Assembly (NCBI GenBank): GCA_048882045.1
Contig: JBHLRZ010000017.1
Span: forward strand, 10,346 to 74,345
Direction of reading: 5' to 3'
DNA length: 64,000 nucleotides
DNA from: Candidatus Thorarchaeota archaeon
GTDB taxonomy: Archaea > Asgardarchaeota > Thorarchaeia > Thorarchaeales > Thorarchaeaceae
A model generated the notes under the pieces. The model was not told the origin of the DNA. It was given only the letters and a program-made list of their open reading frames with translations, and ran no database searches. Positions within the stretch are counted from its first letter, which is position 1, and each line of letters opens with the position of its first letter. Shown piece by piece: positions 27,620-38,095 of this stretch. The position numbers and the translations under genes were made by a program.

Positions 27620-28248
27620 GGTTTTCTTGCAAGAATCCAATATGGTTTTTCATCGTTAGATGGCACAATTCTTTCGAAGAGAATCTCGAATCCTGAATTC
27701 TTGACCATCTCAAGACTTACTTCGGGCCCTGGATGACTCCAGGCCATATCCACTCCATAAAACTCCGCAATTTCCTCCCAGTCTGAATGTGCAGTACAGA
27801 CAAGCATCACTCCTCCGGGTTTCAACCATTTGTACATTCGAGTATACATCATTGGATGGAGACTCTTGTGAATGTGGATGATGGCATAAGTGGAAATAAT
27901 ACCATCGAATGAATTTTCATCAAACTCTGTTTTAGTTGCATCACCATGAATCAAGGTTGCTTCCGGAACATTCCTTCTTGCTACTTCTAGCATGCCAGTG
28001 GAGAAATCGATGCCAGTAGCATCATAACCCTCGGCGATCATTCTCTTAAGAATGGGAACTCCTCCTCCACATCCGATATCCAATACTGATGCTCCTTTAG
28101 GAAGGATATCGATGAATTCTTGGATTTCCTTACTATTGTCAGAATCTTCTCTATCTCGACTGTACTCCTCAGCTATCTTGTCATATCCATCACGAACAAT
28201 CCTCCCTTGTTCATCTGGACTTTTTCCATGAGTTCTCTCAGGTCCCAT
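27616..28248 (-). CDS. Class I SAM-dependent methyltransferase (paralog 2)
   Basis: VLDIGCGGG, GIDFS, FDGIISTYAIIH, LKPGG. Confidence 0.9.
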   Translation of the reverse strand: MGPERTHGKSPDEQGRIVRDGYDKIAEEYSRDREDSDNSKEIQEFIDILPKGASVLDIGCGGGVPILKRMIAEGYDATGIDFSTGMLEVARRNVPEATLIHGDATKTEFDENSFDGIISTYAIIHIHKSLHPMMYTRMYKWLKPGGVMLVCTAHSDWEEIAEFYGVDMAWSHPGPEVSLEMVKNSGFEILFERIVPSNDEKPYWILARKP

Positions 28249-28271
28249 CCTTGTCATCTCCACGATAATAT

Positions 28272-28901
28272 CTAGGGTTTCTTTGCAAGGATCCAATAAG
28301 ATGTTTCATCCTCTGCTGTCACCAGTCTCTCAAAGATGACCTCAAATCCTGTATTGATAATCATCTGAAGGCTTTCACGTGCCTCAGGATGACTCCAAGC
28401 CATTTGAACACCATAGTAATCACTCACTTCCTCCCATGCTGTTCTTGCAGTACTCACGAGCATGACTCCCCCAGGTTTCAGCCAATTGAAGATCTTGAGG
28501 TAGAGTGCAGGATGGTAGCTCTTGTGAATGTGAATTATTGAGTAGGTAGATATGATGCCATCAAAAGACTCCGATTCGATTTCATGCTTCATAACATCTC
28601 CAAGAATGAGCTCGGCCTCAGGGACATTCTGCTTAGCTAGTTCTAGCATTCCCTTAGAGAAATCAATGCCCTTAGCAGAAAAGCCCTTCTCAATCATGGT
28701 CTTCAGAACTGGAATTCCTCCACCACAACCTATGTCCAGAACGACAGCACCTTCAGGCAAGTGTTCGATGAACTCATCGATCTCCTTTGTAATTTCGAGG
28801 TTTCGTTCTTGATTGTACTTTCCAGCTATGACATTGTACCCCTTCCTCACAATCTCGCCGTGCTCGTCTGGCTTCAGACCTGTGTCCACTTTAGGTGACA
28901 T
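28272..28901 (-). CDS. Class I SAM-dependent methyltransferase (paralog 1)
   Basis: VLDIGCGGG, GIDFS, FDGIISTYSIIH, LKPGG; closely similar to its neighbour. Confidence 0.9.
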   Translation of the reverse strand: MSPKVDTGLKPDEHGEIVRKGYNVIAGKYNQERNLEITKEIDEFIEHLPEGAVVLDIGCGGGIPVLKTMIEKGFSAKGIDFSKGMLELAKQNVPEAELILGDVMKHEIESESFDGIISTYSIIHIHKSYHPALYLKIFNWLKPGGVMLVSTARTAWEEVSDYYGVQMAWSHPEARESLQMIINTGFEVIFERLVTAEDETSYWILAKKP

Positions 28902-28946
28902 AAATAGTCCCTCGTATTAGAAAATCATTGTAAGTCTCACTTATTT

Positions 28947-29936
28947 ATGTCTACGTTCCAAAGAAAAACTATGAGAGTTGCAGTTCTGACAAGCGGCGGA
29001 GACAGTCCTGCAATGAACGCCGCTATCCGAGCAATCACACGTGTTGGTATACACCGCACCTGTGAGATCTATGGTGTCTATGGAGGTCTACAAGGCATCC
29101 TTGACCAGAAAATGCATGAGTTGAACTCACGGTCGGTTTCTAGGATTCTCCACAGAGGTGGAACTATCCTGACCACTGGACGTTCTGAGGAGTTTCGGAC
29201 AGAAGAGGGTCAAAAGAAGGCTTCTAAGATTCTCACTGAAAGAGGATTTGATGCATTGATCGCTATTGGCGGAGATGGAACGATGCATGCCCTTCTTGCA
29301 CTAAGCAAACACTGGAATGGACGGTTGATTGGACTGCCTGGAACCATCGATAATGATCTCAGTGGCACAGATTACACAATAGGTTTTGATACTGCTGTAA
29401 ACAACGCGCTCGAAGCACTCGACAAGATTCGAGACACTGCGCAGTCCTTCCAGCGTGTGTTCCTAGTCGAGGTCATGGGTCGTAATGCTGGTCACATCGC
29501 GTTCCATGTAGGATTTGCTACAGGAGCTTCTGCCATACTCATGCCAGAAACCGAAACATCGATGGAAGAACTTGCACAGAAAGTAATTCAAGCAAAGAAA
29601 AAGGCAAAATCTAGTGTTTTGGTGGTTGTTGCAGAGGGAGATGAGCTTGGCAACGCCCACAAGATTGGAAACGAACTGTCAAAGAGAATCGGTGAAAATT
29701 GCAGGGTGTCAGTTCTAGGATACATTCAGAGAGGCGGCAACCCCACGCACTTTGATAGGATTCTCGCAACACGGCTAGGAGCATTTGCTATCGAGTGTCT
29801 CTTAAGTGGAAAACATGGTGGGATGGTTGGAGAGGTCAATGGTGAGCTAATCATGACGCCATTTGAGGACACCTGGACAAACAAAAAGCCGATCGACAAG
29901 TGGATGCTCGGTCTTCTCGACGAGCTCTCCGGATAG
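28947..29936 (+). CDS. pfkA: ATP-dependent 6-phosphofructokinase (PfkA type)
   Basis: TSGGDSPAMN, GGTIL-T-R, IGGDGT, PGTIDND, EVMGR, LGYIQRGG. Confidence 0.95.
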   Translation: MSTFQRKTMRVAVLTSGGDSPAMNAAIRAITRVGIHRTCEIYGVYGGLQGILDQKMHELNSRSVSRILHRGGTILTTGRSEEFRTEEGQKKASKILTERGFDALIAIGGDGTMHALLALSKHWNGRLIGLPGTIDNDLSGTDYTIGFDTAVNNALEALDKIRDTAQSFQRVFLVEVMGRNAGHIAFHVGFATGASAILMPETETSMEELAQKVIQAKKKAKSSVLVVVAEGDELGNAHKIGNELSKRIGENCRVSVLGYIQRGGNPTHFDRILATRLGAFAIECLLSGKHGGMVGEVNGELIMTPFEDTWTNKKPIDKWMLGLLDELSG

Positions 29937-29979
29937 CCTTCGGTAGACTAATACGGTAGATTGTTACCAGATATGGTAG

Positions 29980-30456
29980 TTGAGAGAGATGGTTTTCAAG
30001 AACCTCGCTGACTATCATCTTTGGGCTGGTTGGAAGATGAGAGAGGTTCTTAGTGACTTTGACTCTGATATGTTTAATCAGGAAGTGAACGGGAGGAGTC
30101 CTAGAGATATTGTACAGCATATCGTACTCGCTCTTGAAACATGTTTCTACTTCATTGAAAATGAGAAGGACAAGTCTGTATTCGATCGTGTGAAACACCT
30201 ACCAAGACAAGAACTCCTCAAGCGATGGGAGGTTCTTGACACACGGCTCAGTTCAGCAATCGAGGAGATTCCTCAAGATAAGATTGAGGTGAAGCACATC
30301 AAGGATGAGCCTTTCCAGATTGATGTAGTCGATTTCTTTCTGCAGTACTTGATTCACACCACTCACCATAGAGGTCAACTAGCTTCCGTGCTGAGTGACA
30401 TGGGAATAGATGTTCCTGGGACTGACTATCTGATGTTCCTTGGAGAGAAGGCATAA
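29980..30456 (+). CDS. DinB family protein
   Basis: SPRDIVQHI, H-x2-HHRGQ, PGTDY. Confidence 0.88.
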   Translation: MREMVFKNLADYHLWAGWKMREVLSDFDSDMFNQEVNGRSPRDIVQHIVLALETCFYFIENEKDKSVFDRVKHLPRQELLKRWEVLDTRLSSAIEEIPQDKIEVKHIKDEPFQIDVVDFFLQYLIHTTHHRGQLASVLSDMGIDVPGTDYLMFLGEKA

Positions 30457-30550
30457 TCGCTTTTGCAATGTCTTCAGTCCTTTCTACACAAGTTGAATTT
30501 TCTAGATACATCTCGAAAGCATTATAAGTAAATTAACAATTGTTAATTTA

Positions 30551-30859
30551 GTGATTATTATGGCTTTGTACATGCTATATCGATCAAAATCAAAGTCCGG
30601 CAAAGAAATGGATGAATTGCGGGAGAAATTCCAGAAGATCTACGATAAGTACGATGTAGATATCGTAGGATTTTGGGTAAATGCTGAGGATGAGGACGAA
30701 GTCTTCTACCTCTCGAAGTATAAGGATGAGAACGATTACAAGAAGAAAGTCGAGAGTCTCCGAAATGATGAGGAGTACATTCGACTTGGTAAACACCTTG
30801 AAGAAGTTCGTACTTCCTTTGAATCAACAAAGCTTCTACCTATGATGGCTGAAGCATAA
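30551..30859 (+). CDS. NIPSNAP family protein
   Basis: KYDVDIVGFW...VFYLSKY ferredoxin-like pattern; the start may be ATG 30560. Confidence 0.75.
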   Translation: MIIMALYMLYRSKSKSGKEMDELREKFQKIYDKYDVDIVGFWVNAEDEDEVFYLSKYKDENDYKKKVESLRNDEEYIRLGKHLEEVRTSFESTKLLPMMAEA

Positions 30860-30881
30860 GAGTAACTCGATCAAACAAGGA

Positions 30882-30918
30882 GAGGGTCAATAAAAGACCC
30901 TCACCTTCCTAGTTTTTT
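30882..30918 (+). terminator. Hairpin plus T-tract terminator
   Basis: GAGGGTC-AATAAAA-GACCCTC, then T6 at 30913-30918. Confidence 0.5.
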
Positions 30919-30954
30919 CCTCCAGAAGTCTGTAATATCGGAGTCTGTCAATTT

Positions 30955-30972
30955 GACTAACACCTGTTAGTC
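30955..30972. promoter_or_regulatory. Palindrome GACTAACA-CC-TGTTAGTC (candidate operator)
   Basis: Perfect 8-bp arms upstream of the 31151 operon. Confidence 0.35.
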
Positions 30973-31150
30973 TCATGAGTCCAAACAACCTTACTCATAG
31001 TGTTTTTTCAACCAGCGCGATAGTTGACTTAAGACACCAATGTCTAATATAAGTGTGCCTTTTCAAGCATTATTTGAAAAAGGTTTATTACCCAAACCAT
31101 TGTGTCATGTATAAAGATTGCTTTTGCAAATCAACATGGAGGAATAATGC

Positions 31151-32089
31151 ATGAACATAGTATACAAGAAATGGAATCCAGATGATGGATTAGAAGAAGT
31201 TCAAGCAAAAATCTACACTGAGGTCTCTGGGCTCCCTGCGAGAGCTGAAGAAATCAAACCAAGAAACATCCAGAGAGGTGAAGATTCAACACGCTATGCA
31301 CTCACAAAAGATGGAGAACCCCTAGCTTATGTCACATCTTGGATAGATGATGAGAATCCTACTGAAGGTGGCATCGGGTATCCATGGTCAATGAAGGGTT
31401 GTCCTGAAGATGCCAAGTTGAAGATTTTCGACGAGCTGTTTACACACCTCAAGAAGGAGAAGAAGCTTAAGGAGATTAACACTGGAATCGTACTCGGATC
31501 CAAGATGGCAAAAGATCAGTACAAGTTCTTCAAGGAGAGAGGTTTCGAAGAGTATGAACGTGCGTATCGTTACACCAAGGACCTCGATGTAGAGAAATTG
31601 GCATCAACGAAGTTGGAAGGAAAAGAAGCCAAATTGAAGAGTAAAATTGCGACCAAAGATGATGTTGATGCTCTGATAGAGGTGTCCAAGTCTGATCCTC
31701 AGCTCAGTAGAGCATTTCCAGACGAAGAACAATGGAGGAACTACTTCGAGAATCGGGTCATGGCTCAAGGCAATGCCATTATGCTACTAGATGGTGACAA
31801 GGTGGTTGCAGCAAGCGCTGCTCTAAAACTCAAACCTGATGGAGTCTTTCTTTTCGGAGAAGATGAGCGAATCCTCATGCGGTTCACAGCAATCCGACCT
31901 GGATACAGGTATGCTTGGAAGAGACTAGCTGTCGAGATTGCTAAAGATGTAAAGAAATCAGGCATGCAGGACACACCAATGAGGGTTGGATTCGGTTTCA
32001 CGTCTGATGCTGCTATAGCAACTGGCGTCGCTGGATTCGATTCAGACCTGGAAGAGTTTGAGGTCTTCATGAAGTACAAGGTGAAATAG
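31151..32089 (+). CDS. Hypothetical protein with tandem GNAT-like fold (paralog 1)
   Basis: RYALTKDGEPLAYVT, FFKERGFEE GNAT-like motif, second repeat LLDGDKVVA; GGAGG RBS. Confidence 0.75.
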   Translation: MNIVYKKWNPDDGLEEVQAKIYTEVSGLPARAEEIKPRNIQRGEDSTRYALTKDGEPLAYVTSWIDDENPTEGGIGYPWSMKGCPEDAKLKIFDELFTHLKKEKKLKEINTGIVLGSKMAKDQYKFFKERGFEEYERAYRYTKDLDVEKLASTKLEGKEAKLKSKIATKDDVDALIEVSKSDPQLSRAFPDEEQWRNYFENRVMAQGNAIMLLDGDKVVAASAALKLKPDGVFLFGEDERILMRFTAIRPGYRYAWKRLAVEIAKDVKKSGMQDTPMRVGFGFTSDAAIATGVAGFDSDLEEFEVFMKYKVK

Positions 32090-32111
32090 TAACCAGAGGA
32101 GGTTTCCAAGA

Positions 32112-33047
32112 ATGGAAGTTGTATACAAGGTATGGGAACCTGACCAGGGACTTGAGGATATCCAAGCAAGGATATTCTCAGAAGCTTCAGGAATCCCTGA
32201 ACGTGCGGAAGTTATTCGTCAACGGAATCTCCAACGTGCTCCTGAGATGACTCGGTATGCTCTCACTAAGGATGGCGAACCTCTGGCATACGTTACAGCA
32301 CGAGACTCATCATCTGGCGAGGGTCGAACATACATTGGATATCCATGGAAGATGCCGGAGTGTCCCGAAGAAGTACAGCTGAAGATATTTGATGAACTCC
32401 TTAGCTACCTAGAAAAGAGGGAGGATACGAAAGAGATTGGAACCACGATAATCACGAGGTCCCAGCTTCGAGAAGTGCAAGAGGAATTCTTCAAGCAGCG
32501 TGGCTTTGAGGAAAACGAGCGTATCTTTACATACATCCTACCAATGAATGTGACTGAAACAACCAAACTGGAGGTTTCAGAGAAGGGAAAAGCACTGAGG
32601 AGTAAACTTGCTACTGAAGATGACATTGATGATCTTACAGAGATCTTCATGGCTGATGCAGGTTTGCGTAGCCAGGTGGTTAATGTAGACGCGGCAAAAT
32701 CCTACTTCATGGATAGAGTACTACCCACAGGACATGCTGTACTCCTCTATGATGGCGACAAAGTAGTTGCTTCTACAGCTCCCCTTCGTTTCCAGCCGGA
32801 CGGAAACAGAGTTCGTGGTGATGAGGAAAGAATCATCATGCGTTTCACTGCCATACGACCTGGTTACGAATATGCCTGGTCTCGTTTGCTTGTTGAAATG
32901 GCAAAGGCATGCAAGAAAGCTGGTTGGACAGATATACTCATTCAGGTTGAAAGTTGGGTTACTGGAGAAGGTGCTGCAATCGCTGGACTGGCAGAGATTC
33001 GCCCAGAGCTCACAGACTTTGAGGCAGTACTACTGAAAAAGGAGTGA
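32112..33047 (+). CDS. Hypothetical protein with tandem GNAT-like fold (paralog 2)
   Basis: Shares RYALTKDGEPLAYVT, IGYPW, ERI-MRFTAIRPGY with its neighbour. Confidence 0.75.
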   Translation: MEVVYKVWEPDQGLEDIQARIFSEASGIPERAEVIRQRNLQRAPEMTRYALTKDGEPLAYVTARDSSSGEGRTYIGYPWKMPECPEEVQLKIFDELLSYLEKREDTKEIGTTIITRSQLREVQEEFFKQRGFEENERIFTYILPMNVTETTKLEVSEKGKALRSKLATEDDIDDLTEIFMADAGLRSQVVNVDAAKSYFMDRVLPTGHAVLLYDGDKVVASTAPLRFQPDGNRVRGDEERIIMRFTAIRPGYEYAWSRLLVEMAKACKKAGWTDILIQVESWVTGEGAAIAGLAEIRPELTDFEAVLLKKE

Positions 33048-33051
33048 GAAG

Positions 33052-33648
33052 ATGCAATCAATTAAACAGCAGAAAGGATTTGACCAGATACACTCCAGGG
33101 ACAAGACGATTCTAGGCATAGTTGGGAGTCCTCGAAGAGGTGCTAATACTGAGACCCTCGTGGATGCTGTGATCGCAGGGGCTACCGAACATGGGGCGGC
33201 CTCTACAAAGGTCATCCTTCAGGATATGTCCATTGGACCCTGCAAAGCCTGCAACACTTGCCAGAAAACTGGAAAATGTGTCCAAAACGATGATATGGAC
33301 TCACTAGTCGAGCTTATGGTGAGGAGTGACATCTGGGTCTTCGGAACGCCAATCTATTGGTGGGGCCCATCAGCTCAGTTCAAAGCTTTCATTGATAGAT
33401 GGTATGGCTTAGATCAACGAATCTTCCAAGGGAAGCAGGTCATCCTAGCAATTCCGATGGGAGGAGGAAACGACCATTATGCACGTCACACGATTGGGAT
33501 GTTCAAAGAGATCTGCAACTACCTTGGGATGACATGCATTGAAACCGTTGTCGCTCCAGGAATGAATGGAAGGAATTCCGTTCGCGAGAACAGTCGCATC
33601 CTCGAGTCTGCAAGAACAGCTGGTATCAAAGCAATAAAGGAATTATAG
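33052..33648 (+). CDS. Flavodoxin-like iron-sulfur flavoprotein (Isf/FMN reductase family)
   Basis: GSPRRGANT, CKACNTC-x5-C, GTPIYW, KAFIDR. Confidence 0.9.
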   Translation: MQSIKQQKGFDQIHSRDKTILGIVGSPRRGANTETLVDAVIAGATEHGAASTKVILQDMSIGPCKACNTCQKTGKCVQNDDMDSLVELMVRSDIWVFGTPIYWWGPSAQFKAFIDRWYGLDQRIFQGKQVILAIPMGGGNDHYARHTIGMFKEICNYLGMTCIETVVAPGMNGRNSVRENSRILESARTAGIKAIKEL

Positions 33649-33669
33649 CAGGGACTCGTCATCCCTGCT
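33647..33669. terminator. Hairpin between convergent genes
   Basis: AGCAGGGA-N7-TCCCTGCT. Confidence 0.4.
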
Positions 33670-33713
33670 TCACTCTATTCGTTTGCAAATCAATCCAGTA
33701 GACATTAACGATT

Positions 33714-35591
33714 CTAGAAACTTGGTTTCTCATCTTCGGAAAGCGGTGGGAGAAATACTGCTTCTTTCAACTGTACCCCTGAACTCGTAGTGTATAGTCT
33801 CCCTGTATAATAGAGACCATCGTGCTCTCGAGCCAATACAAATCTCAGAGGACTGGTGTACTCCTTCTCAAGTATCTGCAGAATATTGGTGACTCTATTC
33901 TCATCCTGAAACGTCCCTGCTACCAAATCAGCATAATTCCTCAATTTCCATGATATCCATACTGCATAGGTCAGTATAGCAAGATCAAGTAAGGCAAACA
34001 AGAAAATAACCAAAATCCAAAAGGGATCTAAAGGGGACGCCAATAGTTGCGCTGATAACACAATTACCGCAGTCACAATCAACAACACAACTGCAGAGGG
34101 ACGTATCAACCGATTGTTTCGTTCTAATACTTCTTTTTCTATCATCGGATCAGTGCTGATGGATGTTTCTTTGGATAGACGGTCTAACATATATTTCACA
34201 GCGGATGGTCCTGCAAGCGTCATTAGCAGAAAGTGACCGGGTGGTCGTGGATATATGATATCCCCCACATCTTCAATACCAGCCTCCTTTATGTCAAGGT
34301 AAGAGATAGCGGTTGATAGAACTCTACTTGATAAACCATATAATCTCGTGTCCTCCATTAGAAAAGAATCATCTTTTCTTTTGGCTACTCTCTCTAGAAA
34401 TTTAGCATACTTCAATGATATTTCTTCAGGAATTTCTTTGGACTTTGAATGAACGGTGTCTTGTTCCTCAAAGACCATGTCACCAGAAGGAATCACATCA
34501 AGCTGCAAATCATCCAAAATCAGCTTTGATTCCACTCCTTCCAGAGGACGAAGTATTGCTTTGATTCCTTCATCAGCACTCATTCTCCTATTTGTGAAAA
34601 TACTGTCAGAATATGCGATAGGAAGGGAGAAGATTATGATTCCACCGAGAATGAGAATTGTCCATTGGTTCGCTTGAAGACCTAGATCAGTGAGTGAAAA
34701 AGAAAGAATGACAAGTAATGGGACAAGAAAAATGCAGTACATTATACGAAAACGTCGGACTCTATTTTTAAATTGGTATTCAGTTAAAGTCCAAGAACCT
34801 TTTGGCTTAAATGCAGTCTCTGTCAATGAGAATCTCGAAGGTTGAACTATTTCACTTGGTTCCAACGATCTCAAGCTTTGAGGGATTCCATCCCCCAGAA
34901 CCCTCCGAATGAACTCTCCAAGGATTCCATCTGTTGTTTGAAAACGATGAAGTATTTCTTGAGCAACCATGTCTGAATTCTTCTCAATTCTAAACTTCAA
35001 TTTCTTCTCTGTTTCAAGAACATACTCTGCTATCAATCTCTGATAGATTATCGACAATGCCTTTTCATTTGGTTGCTTTATTCCCATAATCCTTGACTGA
35101 GGATTGAAACCGCAGAAGGCAAATATCAATATCATAATCAAAAATGAATCAATAACATCCATACCAACGATAATCCAAGATGAGGTCTGACCTGTATAAA
35201 TTGCATAGAGAGGAATGATGCTTAGTAACTCTGCACTGAGAATGTATCCCGCTACTCCCAGTACTTCAAAAGCACCCGCGATTATTAGTCCTGCAAGAAA
35301 TCCAATTCCAATTGAAGCTGCTATCTGAAATACAAGTAGAATTATCGTGAACTGAAATTCTAATAGATCTGTTGCGAATAATAACGATATAATTGCAATC
35401 CCCATCATCAAGACATATAGAGTAACAAATGGACCTATCAGGACCAATCGAATTCGGTTGATATTCATAGATCCGTCAGTCTGAGATGGTTCTCGTCGTT
35501 TTAGTACATTCAATCCTATGAAAGTCAGAATTAATGGTATGACAACAAGAACGGAAAACCATTCGACCACCAATGGATGAGCTGCAAACAT
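33714..35591 (-). CDS. Hypothetical multi-pass membrane protein
   Basis: 625 aa with TM clusters separated by soluble segments; no recognised family. Confidence 0.75.
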   Translation of the reverse strand: MFAAHPLVVEWFSVLVVIPLILTFIGLNVLKRREPSQTDGSMNINRIRLVLIGPFVTLYVLMMGIAIISLLFATDLLEFQFTIILLVFQIAASIGIGFLAGLIIAGAFEVLGVAGYILSAELLSIIPLYAIYTGQTSSWIIVGMDVIDSFLIMILIFAFCGFNPQSRIMGIKQPNEKALSIIYQRLIAEYVLETEKKLKFRIEKNSDMVAQEILHRFQTTDGILGEFIRRVLGDGIPQSLRSLEPSEIVQPSRFSLTETAFKPKGSWTLTEYQFKNRVRRFRIMYCIFLVPLLVILSFSLTDLGLQANQWTILILGGIIIFSLPIAYSDSIFTNRRMSADEGIKAILRPLEGVESKLILDDLQLDVIPSGDMVFEEQDTVHSKSKEIPEEISLKYAKFLERVAKRKDDSFLMEDTRLYGLSSRVLSTAISYLDIKEAGIEDVGDIIYPRPPGHFLLMTLAGPSAVKYMLDRLSKETSISTDPMIEKEVLERNNRLIRPSAVVLLIVTAVIVLSAQLLASPLDPFWILVIFLFALLDLAILTYAVWISWKLRNYADLVAGTFQDENRVTNILQILEKEYTSPLRFVLAREHDGLYYTGRLYTTSSGVQLKEAVFLPPLSEDEKPSF

Positions 35592-35673
35592 CCTGCTCCA
35601 TCTTCCTCCTTATAGAATAGTAGCTCAAAGCCAAAATGAAAATCTTTCGCTCAGGTGAAAGACTAGAAACTTG

Positions 35674-35707
35674 AAAAAAGAAGGATTGCCCAGTGGTTCC
35701 ACTGGGC
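35674..35707 (-). terminator. Hairpin plus T-tract terminator
   Basis: GCCCAGTGG-TT-CCACTGGGC 35688-35707; the A6 at 35674-35679 reads as a U-tract on the minus strand. Confidence 0.6.
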
Positions 35708-35716
35708 GGGATGATT

Positions 35717-37957
35717 CTATTTCTTCTTGTAAATGACGAAGTACCAAACTATAACGACACCAACAACAGCTATGACTACTACAGCAATAATAGGTATTAG
35801 AGGAAGTCCTGGAGGTGGAGCTGTCACTCCAACAATGAATGAGAAGTACTCCGTACCATCAAGACCATCTGTCGTCTTGCCAAATGCATCTGTTGCAGTT
35901 ATGTAATATTCGTACTCCGCACCTTCGATGACATCTGAGAGATTTCCTTCATAGGTGTTGGATACTACTAGTTCCATATCTTGTTGTAACCAAGAACCAC
36001 CATCTACTCTATAGTTGAGGACAACAGAGTCGAGAGTTGCATCTATGACAGTTGCAGATATTATGATATCTCCTCCTGGAGCAATAGCGCCAGCTGTTCT
36101 ATCGATATCTGTGATATCGGGTGCTGGATCGTAGTAGATATACATGTCATCCAGAAATGCAACAAGTCTACTACTCGCGGATGCCCATGAGATCATATGA
36201 AACCTCATTAGTTTGGTGTCAGGTAGGCTTCCGACAACGGTTTCATAGTCATGAACCAAGTCCAGCTGGAAGTTCATCCATTGCCCAGTACTAACCTCAT
36301 CGTTTAGGAAGATGACATTGGAACTTTCGCTTATCCAGCCCTCAAAATCGGAACTTGCATTTGCTAGAACATAGGTAAGACTTTCACCATCCTCAAACTC
36401 AAAATCATAGACGAAGAAGTCGTCAGCTGAGCTCTGATTGAAGGTGTCCATATAGAGATTGAAATCAAATATGATCTCTGTAGTTTCATCGAACTGAAGA
36501 TTGCCAGCGTACTGCTGTGCATTGAATTCCTGATTTTCCTGAAGAGTCAGGTTACCTGCCTTAGTACCAGTCATGGAGAAGTCTGTTACTGTATAAGTGT
36601 CGTAACCTGTTGGCTCAGTCCATCCTTCAATAGGAGTTCCTACAGCTCCTTGTGTTTCATAGCTCATATCATTCAAGATTGAAGTTGTTAACGATATATC
36701 ATCTATCAAGACTGACAATCTACTTGGTGCATTGTTTGCAACAACGTAGAATGCTATACTATCCAGGTACAAGAAATCTGTGTTACTGTTGAGATGATAG
36801 TCCTCCCATAAGTTCCGGTCAAAATGGAGCCAAGAGTCAGTGACATTAAATCCGCTGACCTGGAATTTCATATCATTTCCGAAAATGACTGGCGGAGTCG
36901 TTCCAGCACCACCAACACCGAGATAGTAGTACATATTGGAAGAAGCAGTTGCATTTGCCACACTCACTCTAACATATGCTAATGTATTCAAGGATGAGTT
37001 GATCCATTCAGACACTCTCCAATAAAATCCGAACTCTCCCTGGTTAATTTCAGATAATCTCTTTCCAGGATATATTTGAGCACTTGCCTGAGCAAAGTAA
37101 CCATAGGAGATTGCTGTCATGTTCATGCTCCAGCTCCCGGAATTGCTTACTGAACTCTGGGAGATATCCGCGGGATTTCTGTTGCTTTGAAAAGTCCATC
37201 CTCCTGAACCCTCGAAATTGCCATTGAGGGTGGAACCTCCAACGTGGACATAGGTACCATTGACAAGTTGAACATCATCAAGATAGATCCTTGTATATTC
37301 ATTAGTGAAACTATGGATCCAAATGTAGACCAATTCAAACTGAGCTGGCATCAAACTAAATACTTCAAAGAAATCGCTGGTCAGGTTCCTATGGAAATGA
37401 TTCCAGGTCTTTGTAGGTCCGTCTATCAGATAGTATGCTGTGCTAGTAATATTGGTAGAACTGGTTGTACATCCTAAATAGTAAAACATAGTTCGACCAC
37501 TCATTCGAACCTGAATTCTGAAGTAGTCTTGATTTATCGGATTACCAATCTCATCCAAGTACCAATCGAAATCGAGTGTTGTATTCAGTGGATTATCCCA
37601 GTAAATCCAAGATTGTTGAGTCAATCGAACCTCTGAACCATGGCTTGGATCCAAAGCTCTTGCATGCATCCCTACTGCTCGTGTTCCCTCGTTTACGATA
37701 GTCGTTTCAAACCAGGTGACCTCTTCAGTTGTCCTGCTTGCATACATGTCTTCAGGACTCTGTGGATTAGTCCAAGATTCCAAATCACCATTAGGTGCAA
37801 TATCTGCTTCCCAAGTGACTCTATCAAGATCAGTTGATGCAAGCTGGCTAGGTTCAGTTGCTCCACTGAGCGTGCTATTCCTTGTTGTTTGAGGAGTCAA
37901 AAAGACAGGTGACACCATCAGAAGAACAAGAACGAGTGTTATTATTTTCTTAACCAT
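35717..37957 (-). CDS. Cell-surface protein with three CBM-like beta-sandwich repeats, an Ig-like domain and a TM anchor
   Basis: Repeats begin NGDLE/NGNFE/DMSYE, contain W-x-HF-x-R-x-L and end in DD(V/I/M); signal peptide; TM followed by KKK. Confidence 0.8.
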   Translation of the reverse strand: MVKKIITLVLVLLMVSPVFLTPQTTRNSTLSGATEPSQLASTDLDRVTWEADIAPNGDLESWTNPQSPEDMYASRTTEEVTWFETTIVNEGTRAVGMHARALDPSHGSEVRLTQQSWIYWDNPLNTTLDFDWYLDEIGNPINQDYFRIQVRMSGRTMFYYLGCTTSSTNITSTAYYLIDGPTKTWNHFHRNLTSDFFEVFSLMPAQFELVYIWIHSFTNEYTRIYLDDVQLVNGTYVHVGGSTLNGNFEGSGGWTFQSNRNPADISQSSVSNSGSWSMNMTAISYGYFAQASAQIYPGKRLSEINQGEFGFYWRVSEWINSSLNTLAYVRVSVANATASSNMYYYLGVGGAGTTPPVIFGNDMKFQVSGFNVTDSWLHFDRNLWEDYHLNSNTDFLYLDSIAFYVVANNAPSRLSVLIDDISLTTSILNDMSYETQGAVGTPIEGWTEPTGYDTYTVTDFSMTGTKAGNLTLQENQEFNAQQYAGNLQFDETTEIIFDFNLYMDTFNQSSADDFFVYDFEFEDGESLTYVLANASSDFEGWISESSNVIFLNDEVSTGQWMNFQLDLVHDYETVVGSLPDTKLMRFHMISWASASSRLVAFLDDMYIYYDPAPDITDIDRTAGAIAPGGDIIISATVIDATLDSVVLNYRVDGGSWLQQDMELVVSNTYEGNLSDVIEGAEYEYYITATDAFGKTTDGLDGTEYFSFIVGVTAPPPGLPLIPIIAVVVIAVVGVVIVWYFVIYKKK

Positions 37958-38095
37958 ACGTTTCCCTCGTGGTAGCGAGTACCATGCTGTAGTCAGAGAT
38001 GCTCAATTGTAGTCTTATGTAGTTTTGTTGTAAGAAGTCGGAGATTGTTTTTTATTATCATTGAGAATTCAATAGAACCGATGAGAGGATGTTGC

